Numbered from the stretch's first letter, positions 25,501 to 39,500 are shown. The stretch is DNA of 64,000 nucleotides from Phoronis australis (GCA_002633005.1 NMRA01000001.1:1149755-1213754); one strand, 5' to 3'. Translations and numbers: made by a program. Notes: generated by a model from the letters alone, not told the origin.

Positions 25501-25621
25501 TGTTAAAACAGGCCTGTAGGAATTAGGCAAAAATTATTAGGGGTGCACAAACCATTTCGACGTGGCCAAATAACTCCCCCATCGCCATNTATTTGTACCG
25601 AATTTCCCACGTGGAGAGACA

Positions 25622-25776
25622 CAGTGGCGGATTTCAGTAGGGGGCCAAGAGCCCATGACCCCCATAAAATTCTCCCAGATTCCATTTGGCAGTTCGGAGG
25701 TGCCAATTTCTGACTGGTAAAACCCTAGCTAATACTCTGCCCTGCCCCCCCAACCGAAATTCCTGGATCCGCCTCT
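25622..25776. mobile_element. hAT-like MITE
   Basis: TIRs CAGTGGCGGAT / ATCCGCCTCTG. Confidence 0.6.
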
Positions 25777-27244
25777 GGAACAATCCCGGAGATCCAGCCA
25801 TTAAGAGTAGCAGTGAACCAACACGGAGAGTACGAATGGGCCAAGGACCAGTACACTGACCTATAGCGAAGAGCTGCCTCAAGTACCTATAGCTGAGATC
25901 TAACCGTAGTGTGAAAATACGAAATTCTCGATGAACTAAAGCTAGTTGCTGGTCAGGTCAACTACATGTATGATTCACTTGAAACAGGCAGCTCGTACCG
26001 GCCGTCTGCGCTCGCTCTAAGGTCAAGATTCGCTTTGTTGTGATCCAGTTGCAGGAAAACTTTATTTTATTATGGTCATTCTTTGAAAGAGTTTTTTTTT
26101 TGAATAGGTGGGGCCCCGAAGTTCCTGGTATAGTGCCTTTGGGGCTGTTTCAAAATCCCTAGTTGAAACACGAGCGGTAGTTCAGTTTCTTGTGGCTGGA
26201 GAAAAGGATAGTGTGTACCAAAATGTACACACTTCCTAAATGCATGCAGTTCAAATTCAGTTCTTGTGGTTATCACTGAGAGTCTGCACCGCCTGCTGCA
26301 TGGTTACATCTTATTTTTAGCGTGGATACGTCAATCATGCGTATCAGGGAAAGCAATCAATTCAGTTTTGAAGAACAAAAATTAATTTACTTAATACTAC
26401 TGGAAACTAAAAACACCAAGGAACTCCGAAGACAACCTCTCCAAGCAATGAGTTTAATTTTACTTATTTAAGGATTTTTAAAAACGTTTGTGTGTACGAA
26501 TTTCATCAATGTCTTTGAGAGTTATTTTAGATATATAAAAATCGTCTAAGTGTACTTTACTATTTGGGGATCAGATTATAGAGTTTTTCCAACTTCAGGC
26601 TGCAATTAAATTCACTGAATTATTACCAATTCTTACAAGATTAGCTTCTAATTGTCAAAAATCATATATGACTCTATCGATATTCGTAGATTCATAAACA
26701 AGTAAATCAGAAACCAAAGAATTTGTTTATCAAACAGGAATATTATGAGCAATTTCCGCATGCATGCTAGCAGACTTTTGACTGGTAACCGGGGAATATG
26801 TATTTTCATAAGTACCTGTAGCGGTTCAAGATGTAAACTTGAATTCCTCTGGCAAAAAACGTTGAAATCTTTGTTTATGATTGCGAGAGTTCTTTGAGTA
26901 CCCCTTTCGACATGTACACGATCATTACAAATAGTAGCCTAGACAGCAGTGTTTTCCAGAAGTAACCATCGTCAAAAGAGATACTATTCTTGTGATACTA
27001 CGGGAAACAGTAACATTATTTTATAACTAATCATAGGAAATAGTCTTTTTGTGTAATTCACAAATAGTGGTCTTCACGTTCTTCAAAATTCCACCCTTTC
27101 GAGGGCGGCAATCCTACTGTATTTTTTCAAATTTTTGGTTGTTTGGGTCGAATGGCTCTGCTGTGCAAGAATTTTTTTTGATGAATTTGGTATCTCAACT
27201 TCCCTCGTGAATATGTGGCAGTGTCTGATATACATACAGGGGTT

Positions 27245-27460
27245 AGTGCGCTATTCTATATTATGGTAATGGCCATGGATTTAGAATGTCTATACATGTA
27301 GCACGCTATTCCATATTTATGGTCATGAACGTGTCTACCTATATACCGCTATTCTATATTGATGGTCATGACCATGGATTTAGAGTGTCTATATATTAAG
27401 TGCACTATTCTACATTATGGTCATGGCCACGGATTTAGATTGTCTATATTTATGTAGCGA
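27245..27460 (+). repeat. Tandem repeat, unit about 55 bp, about 4 copies
   Basis: Repeated cgctattctatattatggtcatggccatggatttagantgtctata. Confidence 0.8.
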
Positions 27461-28784
27461 GCTACGACAATTAGTATAACCAAAAATAGGAACCAGAGCC
27501 TGTACTTCGTCTAACTAACAAGTGGGTGAGACGAACTCTTTATAGAATATTTTTTCTATTTAGATTTGATATGTTTTACACCTCGAAGCTTGTAATGCAT
27601 CAAGGCCAGTCAATGAATGTATATTGTGTTTATTGAAATACCTTTAGGCAATCATTAGTTTTAGCAGAATTATTAAAGTTAGACTTTTGGCAATATTGCG
27701 TAGCGTTTTAAGACACATGTTCATATTGACGTCATTCAGCATTTAATTCCAAAATTTAATGCGCTAACGCCACGGATATTCGTCAAGTTTGATATATGTA
27801 ACCCCCCTCTTGTTGCAAGTAACAACTAACTACACATGGTTTCTAGAACGTTCAAATGTTTCAATATACGTTTAGCAACTATAAGAGACGAAACGTGAAG
27901 TAATTACAGAAATTCATAAGCAGTAATAGAATGGCTGCAGGACGGGATTGAACTGGAACCCTCCGGCACAACACTTCGGAGCGGCAGGTGGCACCAGTGG
28001 ATTATTAATTAAAATGCGTTTGCCTGACTTACTTGAATGAATCTGTGTAATGTTTCTGATGCTAAAATGTTTAGTGCCGATCATCACGAATTGTGTCGTC
28101 TCTCCCTCCTCCCTACTCCCCTCCGGAGAGGGCTCCGTACGAGACAAATCTCCCTCCATCCTAGCTACATGTACGCCCCTCAGGATGTACACAGAAGTCC
28201 GTGCCCTGACTGTTGCATACTTCTTTATGCGTTATACATTGTTCCTTGCTAGTTCAAAGGCTTAGTTCTGCCCTTTATTTTTACCGTTAATCTTAATGAA
28301 CTTGTACGTAACAAAATAGACACTGTTTACTGTTCGTCTTCTTCACTGTCTTAATCAAATTTTCTAAACTTAGAATAAGTAATGCTTGTGTAAAAATCTT
28401 GCACCTCCATTTTGGTTGATATGAATTCTGATGAGACTGATCATCGTTCACATATCAGTCGGATCATCGTTTACAGCATTATTCTTCGGGTCGTTTTTGG
28501 TCTGTGACAAGAATTCGTATAAATTACTAGGGCTGATGAAAAAGCTTAGATCATATATTACACCATTCGTTAATATTAATTCTTATCAACATCTTATAAC
28601 ATGTCATACCATTTTTAGAAATAGTCGAATTTAATCTATTTTAAAGAATCATTTATAATAAATTTTATCAACCATAATTGATTGAGTACACCTGTCGTGC
28701 ACGCGCAGATATAGTGCCTGTGTACAATTGTGCAAGCGCAGATCAGTATAGTGCCTGTGTACACTTGTCCTGCACGGGAAGATA

Positions 28785-29590
28785 TACATGTATATAGAGG
28801 GACAAAGGGACATTTTTCCTGAACTGCTCCACCGAAAGAGGGCACCGTCTGAAATGGGACACCTTAAAATGAAAGGCTAAACATCATTAAGCTTGGAAAA
28901 AAGTGACAGTTCATTTCACCGTCGTGTGGTCCCAAAACGATGCAGAGAGTGACCTCCTTCAACATAAAAGCACGATTTCACAACAAAACAGGAAAATAGA
29001 GGTAATCGATTCCAACATTGGGACCTCTCTCCGTGAGCGGCCCCGTAAGAATTTGTCAATAAAAACACAAAAAGGTGGCCACTTGAATGTCATCAATGGC
29101 CTCCTTCAAGGGCGGGGCTCCTAAATGTGAAAATATCTATATTTTCAAATATCAGGATATGCGCAGCAATTCGTGTTATCTGTCAGGTCATCAATTTTCT
29201 CAAGTGATATACAGTTTCAAGAAAAAAAATAAAGCGAAAGTTATCTCCGTTATCCCTTGTCTCTGGAAAAATATAGTTTTGCATTCGCAAAATTGACTTA
29301 TTGAATTTAAACATCCAGTAAATTAGTACGCTCTGCAAAAGATTCGCTTTACAAATTTTCTCGATTTTTCGAAAAATGTATGTGCATTTAGACGACATGT
29401 GCTGCAAAAGCGAAGACCCTAACGACAGTGAGGACAGGGTCCTCAAAAGGTAAGCCATGCACTGATGCTGATTTGTTAAATGTCCTTTTGAATTTTCTCT
29501 CCGTTTTTCGCAGTCTTTCTTTTCTCGACTGTCCCCGGCACCACGATTATGTCGGTTGCCACGGTTTAACCCATACGCCTGAAAATTTAA
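28785..29590 (-). mobile_element. Inverted copy 2 of the 21960-22980 repeat, continuing at 27120-27240
   Basis: e.g. agagggacaaagggaca...ctgaaatgggac and atgtcggttgccacggtttaa are reverse complements of copy-1 segments. Confidence 0.65.
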
Positions 29591-30699
29591 ATTGTGTTTG
29601 GTCATAAACTAGTCGCAGAATTTTAGATTTAATGGAAAGCACTTTTATGGACATTTGTTTATCATGTATAGAAGTATAAAACACATGATATTCATTTATT
29701 TCAAAACCACTACTGTAGTACTTGTTCAGTGTTTTTGCAGATTTTAGGCGATGCTCGTGCATTCTCAAGATGTTGTTCGTAAACATGTTGGCAGCATGGT
29801 CAAAATTCACAAAGTAGTTGGTCTTACCTGTGAAACCTCGTTTTTCGTCTAACATAACATTCTTTTTTATGGTAGAACCCCTTGCCAACACTGGTCCGAG
29901 ACGAGCTTGCAACACGACAATTAAGATACAATTAAATGTAACTATTTTCCTAAATTTTCGTCACAATATGTACACACTANGGGTCCGGAGAGATACCAAT
30001 CTTGAACTTGTTCTAGTGATATCATGGTGAATCAGCGGAAATTGGAGCCATCAGAGGAACTCAGGAAAAAGTGGATATTCTGTCCAGTCGCATGTATTTG
30101 TATCTCGCCGTATCTTTCCTTTTTCCTGTTTTAAGTGACATATATTTAAAGGTCATACGAGTCTGGGATTATCATCATTACTCTTTCATTACACTGCTTG
30201 TGTATAACACGCAGGTCACACAGCTATACTACTTACTCGTAGTAGCTGTCATCGTGTTAGTTGAGATGAGTTGTGTCTGTAGTGTGCTGCAGCCTTGTCC
30301 AAAAACGTAATAACACGAATTTCGATACTCATAATGCAGCATAATACTTATCACAATACATCCCAGTTTCGCTCAAGTTCACTGAACTTTCATTAAATTA
30401 CGCCTTCTGGCTTCAGTTATGCATGGCATTGTTTTTTTTTTATAAGAACCTAACCGGGAACTTAAAGTTAATTTCAAGTTGTTAGCTTGGGGGTCTAATT
30501 ATTTCCAGCTTTTCTAGTTGTGTCAACCTTGTATTAAACCATAAGGCTACACTGATAGGTAATTAACGTGAACGAGGGTTTTCAAGTTTTTGCCCTTGGA
30601 TTCTATTTATTCAAAAATTACCACGTTTGCCTATCGCATTAAGTCACGGTATTAATCCATTATTGGAAAATTTCCCTGCCACAGGCCTCGTGACATAAA

Positions 30700-31645
30700 C
30701 ATTCAATATACATGAAATGCTTAATAGATGTTTTGCCAAAAACACGTATCCAGCCACCTTATTTTTTACGTTCTCATCATTCTTATCGTCTGTATATAAA
30801 ACATCAAGGTAATCACCCGAAAAATCTGTCAAACATTTCTCTCTAAAGTTTTCATGAAAGATCAGTTTAAGAAAAAAAAAAATGACATTCTGACTCTGCT
30901 TCCCCAGTCAAGCATAGCTCGCAATACATTTGTTCTCTTGGAACATGACTTTCACGCCCGCCTTTTCAGTGTTTTGACTGTGGGCTGATATATTGTTAGA
31001 ACAATTCTGTAGTTTTTGATTTTTTTTTCTGTCAGATAGCCTTCGAAACATCAATATCAGTATATATAGTGACTCCTTTTTATCATTTCTATAAAACACA
31101 AGTTCATCATGATCACTGTGATTATCGAAAAAATCCTGTCAGACGGCATGAGAATTACTGGGCGCATTCGGGAACCTCGTCAGAAGCTCATTTGTCTAAA
31201 ATCATCTGCAGTGGATTCTCTATACATGTACGTCATGAAACTCCAGTGAAACATGTTAAACCTTTAAAAGCCAACAATCCAATCCATTTTCTGCCAATTT
31301 TTTTATTGTTGACTGTACATATATGCTACTGAGTGTATACCTCTTGCTGTCACTGACTACCGTTACTGATCATTAAGCCATTATTTTAAATTTTATTCTT
31401 TCCATTCTTTGAAATCGTTGGTTTCCAATTTTTCTTACACCAACTGATGGGGTGCTCTCTTAGACCAAATCGAAAAATTTTGTTTTGTTCCATTTCAATA
31501 TTGTCGTTTACTTAAATCCACCTCCAGACTATGGCTTCACTGGCACATAATGAAATTGGCAGAATCAGGATATTTTTGTCCGGTTGCGGCGTCAACACTT
31601 TGAGGTCCAGGTTTCTCCGGCGAAACTGTACAGACAATTCATTGC
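30700..31645 (-). pseudogene. Possible highly decayed sulfotransferase-like (Sulfotransfer_4-type P-loop) pseudogene
   Basis: Ordered fragments in different frames: AG..KPGPQSVDAA, STADDFRQM, ELLTRFPNA/PVIL, VKVMFQENK, FHEN; multiple stops and frameshifts; similarity judged by eye. Confidence 0.3.
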
Positions 31646-32214
31646 TTTCAAAGCTTATAGCGAGCAAGTTTTTTTTTCGCCGAATAGCGAACCATAAGCG
31701 ACAACCGAGAGTCAAGAAGACAGTCTCTGGAAACTATTTCACTGTTATTTCATAGAACCACTTGAGTCATGTTTTGCCACTGCCTGAGCTAGCTCCATGT
31801 CAAAAACGCCACCTTTCCGAAACACCTTGACCATGGTACGTTTATACCTACGTTTATTTGCGTGGCAGTACAATATCCTAACTTATTATTAAAAGTTGCT
31901 AACCTATCGGGTATGCGCAAATAAACCAGGGGCTCAAAAGTCAAATCAGTGAAAACTGACCTGGATGGACTAAGGCAAGATCAACTTATGTGTCCCTGAA
32001 CACTGTGATGTGGAACGTTTCACGCGGGCTTTTAGTGACGTGGTCGGCAGAGGCAGACCACTTTCCCTTGGCAGAAAGCATACATTATCATGGGAACCAC
32101 GAAGTGGCGCAGATAAATGTCCCGGTGAAGTAATCTTGAGCTACTGAGCTATTTATGCAATAGTGACTTAGTTGTATGCTAGTTATTAGGTTCGCTGATG
32201 GGGGTTTTCAACTC

Positions 32215-32281
32215 CTCGCTGGTTTCCTGCGTGCCGCTAGGTGGGGCGGTAGCTGGGCTAAGCACGCAGGGAACCAGCGAG
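32215..32281. repeat. Short foldback element (20-bp arms)
   Basis: ctcgctggtttcctgcgtgc / gcacgcagggaaccagcgag; GGGGCGG in the loop. Confidence 0.75.
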
Positions 32282-35200
32282 TTTCAAGTCTTGTTTGGGA
32301 CATGCCAAATTTGTCTGTTGCGATGTAACAACATGACGTGAAGTCATCATGTTTATTCCTAAAGCTACAGAATTAATCAACTGGTATAGCTTTAATTAGT
32401 TTTTGCCCAAAATAACAGAATCATTATGATACAGGGGCTTTGGATTAGTTGACCTGTGATGTATGGCAATTACTTCCCCTGTGCTATGTTTTGACAACTA
32501 GGCTGTGTACCACAGACTCAAAATGCAGGCGACAGAAATTACTACGATCACGTGGTTATTTCGCAATGCATGGTAATATCTCGCAAATATTTGCGTGAGT
32601 TAACAAATTTGGCAATTTCTGGCGCCTGCGCACCCTTGATAATTAGGCGGAAGTTTTGAAGTGTCTCATGGAAGCTTCCTCGTCTTAGTTGACTTCATCG
32701 TTCTGTACACGAGGACCTCAGACTGACAGACGTCGCTCATCATATGGTCGTAGATGAGAAGTGAAAGGTAAGCATTTGGCCGCTAGCATGTTTTGATAAT
32801 GATTTAATTGTTTTTATTCATCTGTGTGAATGTGTAGTAACGTGGAGATTGTGGTCACTTGAACTTGAAGAAGAAAACTTACAAATCTGCAAATCATAAG
32901 AAAGATTAGAAAGTTAACATAAGACGCTACAGGCACAGGAAGCTCAGAAAGGTGAAGTACGAATGTTGTTGATTAGAATTACATTCTCGTCCTCCCTGAA
33001 GGGCGTGGGACCCACCCGTCATTCGCCAAATACGAAAAACATCCCAAAAATTTAACAAGATCCCTCTACCCAAAAAACCCATAATGCCTATAATGGCATA
33101 AGGAGACCAAGAGTGCTGGTATACTATTGACAAGGAAGGACAATTCAGCTAGAGGCTGAGAATTCAGAAGTGCCATAAAATATTAAAATGCATGGCAGCA
33201 CACCCTAAACACATGTGGAAGCAAATCATAAACAGAGAACTATTGTGTATTAGGGTGAAAGGCTAAGTCAGGAAAGAAACACAATAACGCTGAAGTAAAA
33301 CTAAACCACTTGAAGTGAACGCCTTGACCCGGCTAAACATTGGAGAGCCAAAACAGTGGCACCAACTGGTCGCCTGACAACTGTCCTACATAACAAGAAC
33401 CTAACAGGATCCCAACCCTCCCCTCCCCATGGGACAGTTAAAAGTGACCTAGCTAGTGGTAAAACTACTTGCTAGGGACTAAAGACTAGTCACTACATAT
33501 GGTATAGGACGCGTCTGTTTCTAGCGTTCTACATGAACTTTGACATTCCATGATACATAGCTGCTACCCTCATAGCCATGCATGCATTAGAATATATTTT
33601 CACATTCTTCAGGTGGAGGCTGACAGATTTTTTCTTACCCAAATACTTCTTTAACAAACCTACCAATGGATAGATCACAGAGAACTGTGACTTGCCCTCA
33701 CTAAACGTATTGGCAACTTAGGCAGACATGACAGTTCCAAACCCAAGTTAACCACACCAGGGATATAATAATAAATTGGGGACTCAGTAGCAGGGAGAAA
33801 GTATTAAATGGGAGAATTAATTGGCATTTATAACCAACCAGGTAAAAGTTTTCAAGTGAAGTGGTTGTCCATTCCCAGAAAAAAATATAATGCTGACTTC
33901 GCCAAATGTTGTATTGCTACAGATTCACTGAGATAGGCTTCTAAGAGTACTCATCAGTTAAAACAGCAACTTTTTTTAAGCTTGAATAAAACCCAATCTA
34001 AGTACCCATTCCTGATGGCCAGATTGCAAGCTGAAAGGCTACCAGCACCCTGCCACCAGCAGTAAACAAACATCCAGGGAACCATAAAACTGACAAACCA
34101 CTAGATGTCACTGGAAGGTCAAGTACGAATGATGTTGACGATTGCGACAATATGATGGAAGATGCGGAGCTTTATTATGATTTACGTGCAAACTAGTGAA
34201 AATAATTCTCTCGGACAATACTGCTACGCGTGAACTTGGAATTCCGTTGAATCTCAAAATTATGTTTGTGTGAACTAGGAATTAAACATTCGTTAAAGTA
34301 ATCATGTGATACACTTGATCCCCTTCTGCGGATACACCTCCTGCCTATAAATCTTGGCAACACTCTGTGTTTCCTGTAATTTGCCATTAGTAACACTATC
34401 CTGTGTCCTGGAATTTGTCTGCTGGGATGCTTTCATTGTGTTCTGAATCCACCACCACCAGGCTAGCACCGTCAGCAAAGTGTACCTTCTGAGCTAATTT
34501 CTTCATGAAAAATTATGTTGAGATCACATTTCCTATACAAATACTATTTAGATTAGCCAAAAACGAAGTTATTGGATATGGTTGTCAGCAGAATATAATT
34601 CCTTCAGAAAGGAGCCTTAAGAATAATCTCCAAGTCACACTATTTTGCCCATACCAATCCAATATGCAAATAATTGATAATACCTTTGCTTGAGGACTGT
34701 CTCAATATATCCTGCTTGAAAATATATTACAGATTTACTCAAACAACTTCCGCATCACGTTTAACTAAATTTAATTTCCTTCCACAACCAAAACAACAAC
34801 TAATTATAGTAATTTCTGTCTTGTTTTTCTATTTCTTGTCTTATGATGTATTCTGCTGAGGATTGTGCAGTGGTCTTCAATGAAGCAGCTTTTACCTTCA
34901 AAGATTTCCAGCTTGTGTATTCAACTGTTTTGTTATTGTATTTCACATATTGTTTCTCTCAGGTTTGTTGACTAGTATTTCAATCGGGAGGATGTGTTCG
35001 CCTCCACATTCATAATTGGCATACGAATTGTAACACTGTATAAAAAAGGCTAGAAGTGTTTAACAGTGGACTAGATTGATATATGTACTTAGAAACTGAC
35101 TGTCATCTGAAGTTCAAACTAAACAAGAGAAGTGCTGAGGTTTACACATGAACAGTGTATCTTAAAGTCAGTGGACATAAAACACATTCTGTTCTCTGAA

Positions 35201-36512
35201 ACAACTTTCTTCAAAGGCATATTATTTAGACTTTTCCAAAACAATATTTTGCCTTCTTGACATAAGTCAGAAGTGGTTCAAAGCAATAACAAACTGTCCG
35301 TTTATCCGAGTCCAGAGATCGTTTCTAAGCTGAGTAAAAATAAAATGAGACCATTGGTCTATTTAATCAAAACAATTAGTTACAGAAAGCACAAGTTTAA
35401 TGCCATTTTAAGATAAAAAAATTTTGTGCTGGCAAGACATAAGTTTGACTAAGGAGGGAGGCCATGACTGGCATGTTATCCTGCTGAACAGAAATGTTTT
35501 CTCGCTGAACAGACAATGATAAGACTTGTTGTTTAAAAACTAGGAAACCTGATGCGTGACTAAGAAAAGTGTGGCTGAATTTTTCATAAGAAGAATGCTA
35601 AATTCAGTTTGTTTGATTTCCAGCAAAACTTGTCGTGCCAACTGAGGTATTGAACCATTTGTGCTCCGCTGAGCCTAAACGTTAGTCCATCTGAACTTAG
35701 GGTTACTTATCACTGTGTCTCCAAGCAAGTCCTTTGGTTCCAGCTAGGGTGTCTTTCCCTACAGCCGTTGATTAAACTCACCCACAGGGTTAGTCTACAC
35801 ACCTTTTATTAGTAATATTTCCATCAATTCTTAGCGCCTTATAAGCACGCTGCTGGCACCCCAAGACCACAGTGAGTCTCCATTGCGATTTAATGCTCAT
35901 AAAAGTGTTATATTTCATAAAGGTGTGTAATTGAGTTAAAGTGATTTAAGACAATGGAGTTAATGGGCCATGCCTGGAAACCAATTGAAAATAAATTCAT
36001 AAAATTACCGAGAAATAAATGCTAATAGGGCATAAGATGCAATTAAGCTTTTCATTTGCGCTGATTTTTCCTTTGTGTTCCTTCCCTGTGTAACAATGTC
36101 ACTTTAAATAGGATTTTTGTGTCCATGAGTCTGGGATGAAGCTATGTAAAACATGGGAACGGGTAGCAGTCGTTTGAGTTTACAGGCGAAATTTAGAGCC
36201 CTCAGCCCCTTTATATTGGGCCCTAATCTTCATGTACGTATAACTTTTAAGTTAAAGTACTCCACAGTGAAAAAAATGTCACTTTTTCATGGTGTTTTCT
36301 CTCTGATGGCTGTTTAACATTCTACAACTCTGACTGGTGTAGCAGGACTGGTCCAATGATTTGTTTACCTATCATTGAGCCGTACATGATAGATGCAGTT
36401 GTGGCTGAATAAATATTTGGACAAGGTAAGTTTAATAGTTACTCACTTATAGAAGCACTGTGTTTTGTCGTCAACGGTTAGACTGTGATCGATCTCTTCT
36501 TAATAGGTTTAC

Positions 36513-39500
36513 ATGACATCCATGGAGGTGGACCAAGGAGCAACTCCGCTGATGTCCGCTTGTCATGCGGGACAACTACACGTGGTAAAGAAACTGTTGC
36601 CAAAATGTGTAAGTACTAGTTGTAAACAGTGTTTTTTTCTGATCCATTTACACCACTTTCTAATATAGAATGTTAACCTAGAGTTACCAGTTTTGATGGT
36701 TTGTGTCTTAGAAAGACTCTTTAGAAAGTGCTAACAAACTACTCGCACTAACCTGTGGTTACAATTTTATCAGAAAATTACTAGTAGTGTCAGATGAAAT
36801 TACACAAAATGTTTCACATACAATTCGGGCTGACTAGTCCGTCTCATAAAGCTCAAGTGTTTGGCCAAAGCATCAAGTACACAAATGAAGTGACAATAAT
36901 TTGGGGATATAAGATTAATATTCATTAGGTTATGCAAACTCAGGCTTGCGCTTGGCTTTGTTTGTAACAATGAAAAAAATGAAGAATTGGATGGTATGGT
37001 AGAATCACTGATACAGCTTTGGGTCTGCACTGAGGGTCTGCATGATAGTGTCTATGCTGAATATACATTAAACAGTTCATTTCTTTCATATTATTTGTAT
37101 AGAAACTGCTGTAACTATATTCTTACTTTTCTTTTCTGTGTTCTGAGAGATAACATTTTCGCAGTTAAGCAAATTTTTGCTTCAAAGGGTCTATTCCGCA
37201 ATATTTGTCCTATCTGTTATAAGGAAAAATATGAAATGTCCATATGATTTGTTGTTCTAATCATCCCAATCTATCTTTTTTGTTCCATCTTGAGGGAGAT
37301 AGGACAGAGTCTCTTTGTCAGTAGAGTTCAGTGGAAATGAGGTCCGCAGTAGTTTTGTGCTTAACAGGGAACTACGGAGTCACCTAGAAACTTATCAGAC
37401 AGCCTAATGTGTTCACACTCATAGAAATCTTTTGGTTCTGTCAATTGAATGCAGGCTTAACTTAGTATGCAGCGTAGTTGCTGTATGAAAATGATTTTTC
37501 TTTCCTCACAGCCTTTTGTGTTTTTGTTTTGGCGTAATATAAAAAAATATTATTACCCATTCACAAAGTTCCTGAAACGCAAATATTTTTGCTGGCACTT
37601 TTGCCAACTGACAGCAAAACGCTATTAAAGTCAGCTGTTGCAAGGGTTACTTGATGTGATGGTGATTTGAATTACCTGCCTCGAAATTGCTGACATTTTT
37701 GCCAGTACTTTTACTGGCAAACGGCTAACATCTAAGGATACTTATGCATAGGGGAAGGAGGCCTCTTTTGTTATTGCCTTAATCAGCTTATTGATGAGAG
37801 TGATTGTGTTTTAACACTCTTTGTTTTAAGACCGAAGATACAAAATAACTACTGTACTCATGGCAGCAATTACCCATTCGCGAACAGCTCTGGCTGAAAC
37901 ACTGACATTTTTGATACTGGAAAACTGCTGGACAGGTGTTTTTCACTTCTCATATGAATCCAGTGAAATCTCTCCCATAGACAAGTGATTTTCATTTGGG
38001 TGTTAGTCCTCTCAAGTATCTTTTCTGGTGGGTATCTGTCATTCTTTGGCAATAATTCGTAATTTGTCTAAGTTGAGTGTTACGCTCTGTGAGGACCAAG
38101 AGAAAAAAGCCGATACAGTAATTCCCCATTTATTTCACACAATGATAATTGCCACAGTTGCAATTTTCCATTTTTCTAAAGCTGGTTATTTTACTACAAG
38201 TAACGGAAAATTTACAAAATTGTTTTGACATAGACTACTCAGTACAAACCATGTTAGTTATAGAAAAAAATAGTCAAATTTCTTTATTTTTGTAGAGAAA
38301 TTAGGCAAAATAGAGTCAGCCATATTGTGTGCTAAGTATGTGAAGAGCTGTCATAGTTATGGCATTGCTTTGGTTTATCATTTCCTTGCTTGGTATTCAG
38401 GTTTAGGGCTCATTTTCTCCAATCATGTATGTTGTACATGTCCGATGATCTTGATTTTGAATGTGCATCAACACCAGTCAGTGAAAGTTCATAAAATTAT
38501 TTTTCTTCATCTGGTATCAAATCGAGTACACATTTTCATGGTTGCTATGGTGTTTCATTCCAGATTTTGAATTTGCTGCGGCGCCCCCTTACGTGGAACC
38601 AAATCTGTCACGTCTCCCCAATGTCAGCATTACTCGATTTGTGGCCTACCTTTCTGTTTTTGTGATTCTCGAAGTTTTGGAATGAATTCACGTCTATACA
38701 CACAGCATTATTACACTTAGTAGCTAACTGTAAAAGCGTACTGCAGAGTGGATCAATACAGTGTGGTAATTGAGATCGACTGTCATGGTTGAAAACAACC
38801 CTTTGTTTACAAGGTCTTTTTTGACATTGGTATTGATTAAGTACTCTGCTGTGTTTTCAATGGAGGTATTATTTTGTGTCATAAGTTGCAAAACAATGCA
38901 GAAATTTTGTATGTGCCATAAGTTTTTTACAGTGAGTTACTTTGGGTGTTACCAATAAACATGTCAGTTCTAAGTGTGTTAAGCTTCTAATCAGAAATTT
39001 TGTATCTGATCAGATAAACTCTTAAAGAACTAGATAACCCGTTATCGTACCAGTCATTGGCTTCTGATAAACCAAATTGATCAGATGCTAATGAACTGTT
39101 TGTCTTTCATGTTTGCTTTAACTAAGATACCAATCACAGGTATTTCCTTAATGCTAACTAAAGGGAATAGTCCCTAGTCAACTTCCCCAACAGTTATTTT
39201 CCTTATGACGCTGTTTACTTCAATGTGTAAAGTGATTTCCTGCTTTCTGATTTTTGTCACCATGCCATGTTTTAAATACATGGAGCTGTTGCAACTGAAA
39301 TCGTTGATAGCCCCATTAAGTATATTGAATTATTTGAGTGTACAAGAAAATGAGCTCTATTATTTTGATTATTAATTGTTAATCTAAGTGGATCAGTTTA
39401 AAGATTCAACAAAAAAAAACATTCACCACTTTTGTCAAAACCTATCTTTTGATTAAGAGCCTGCTTATCTTCTCTTCTCTGCTTGTTTTGAAAGAGCATT

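Noticed and set aside
29553-29570. X-box-like GTTGCCACGGTTTAAC
   Set aside because: It is part of the dispersed repeat also present at about 22010
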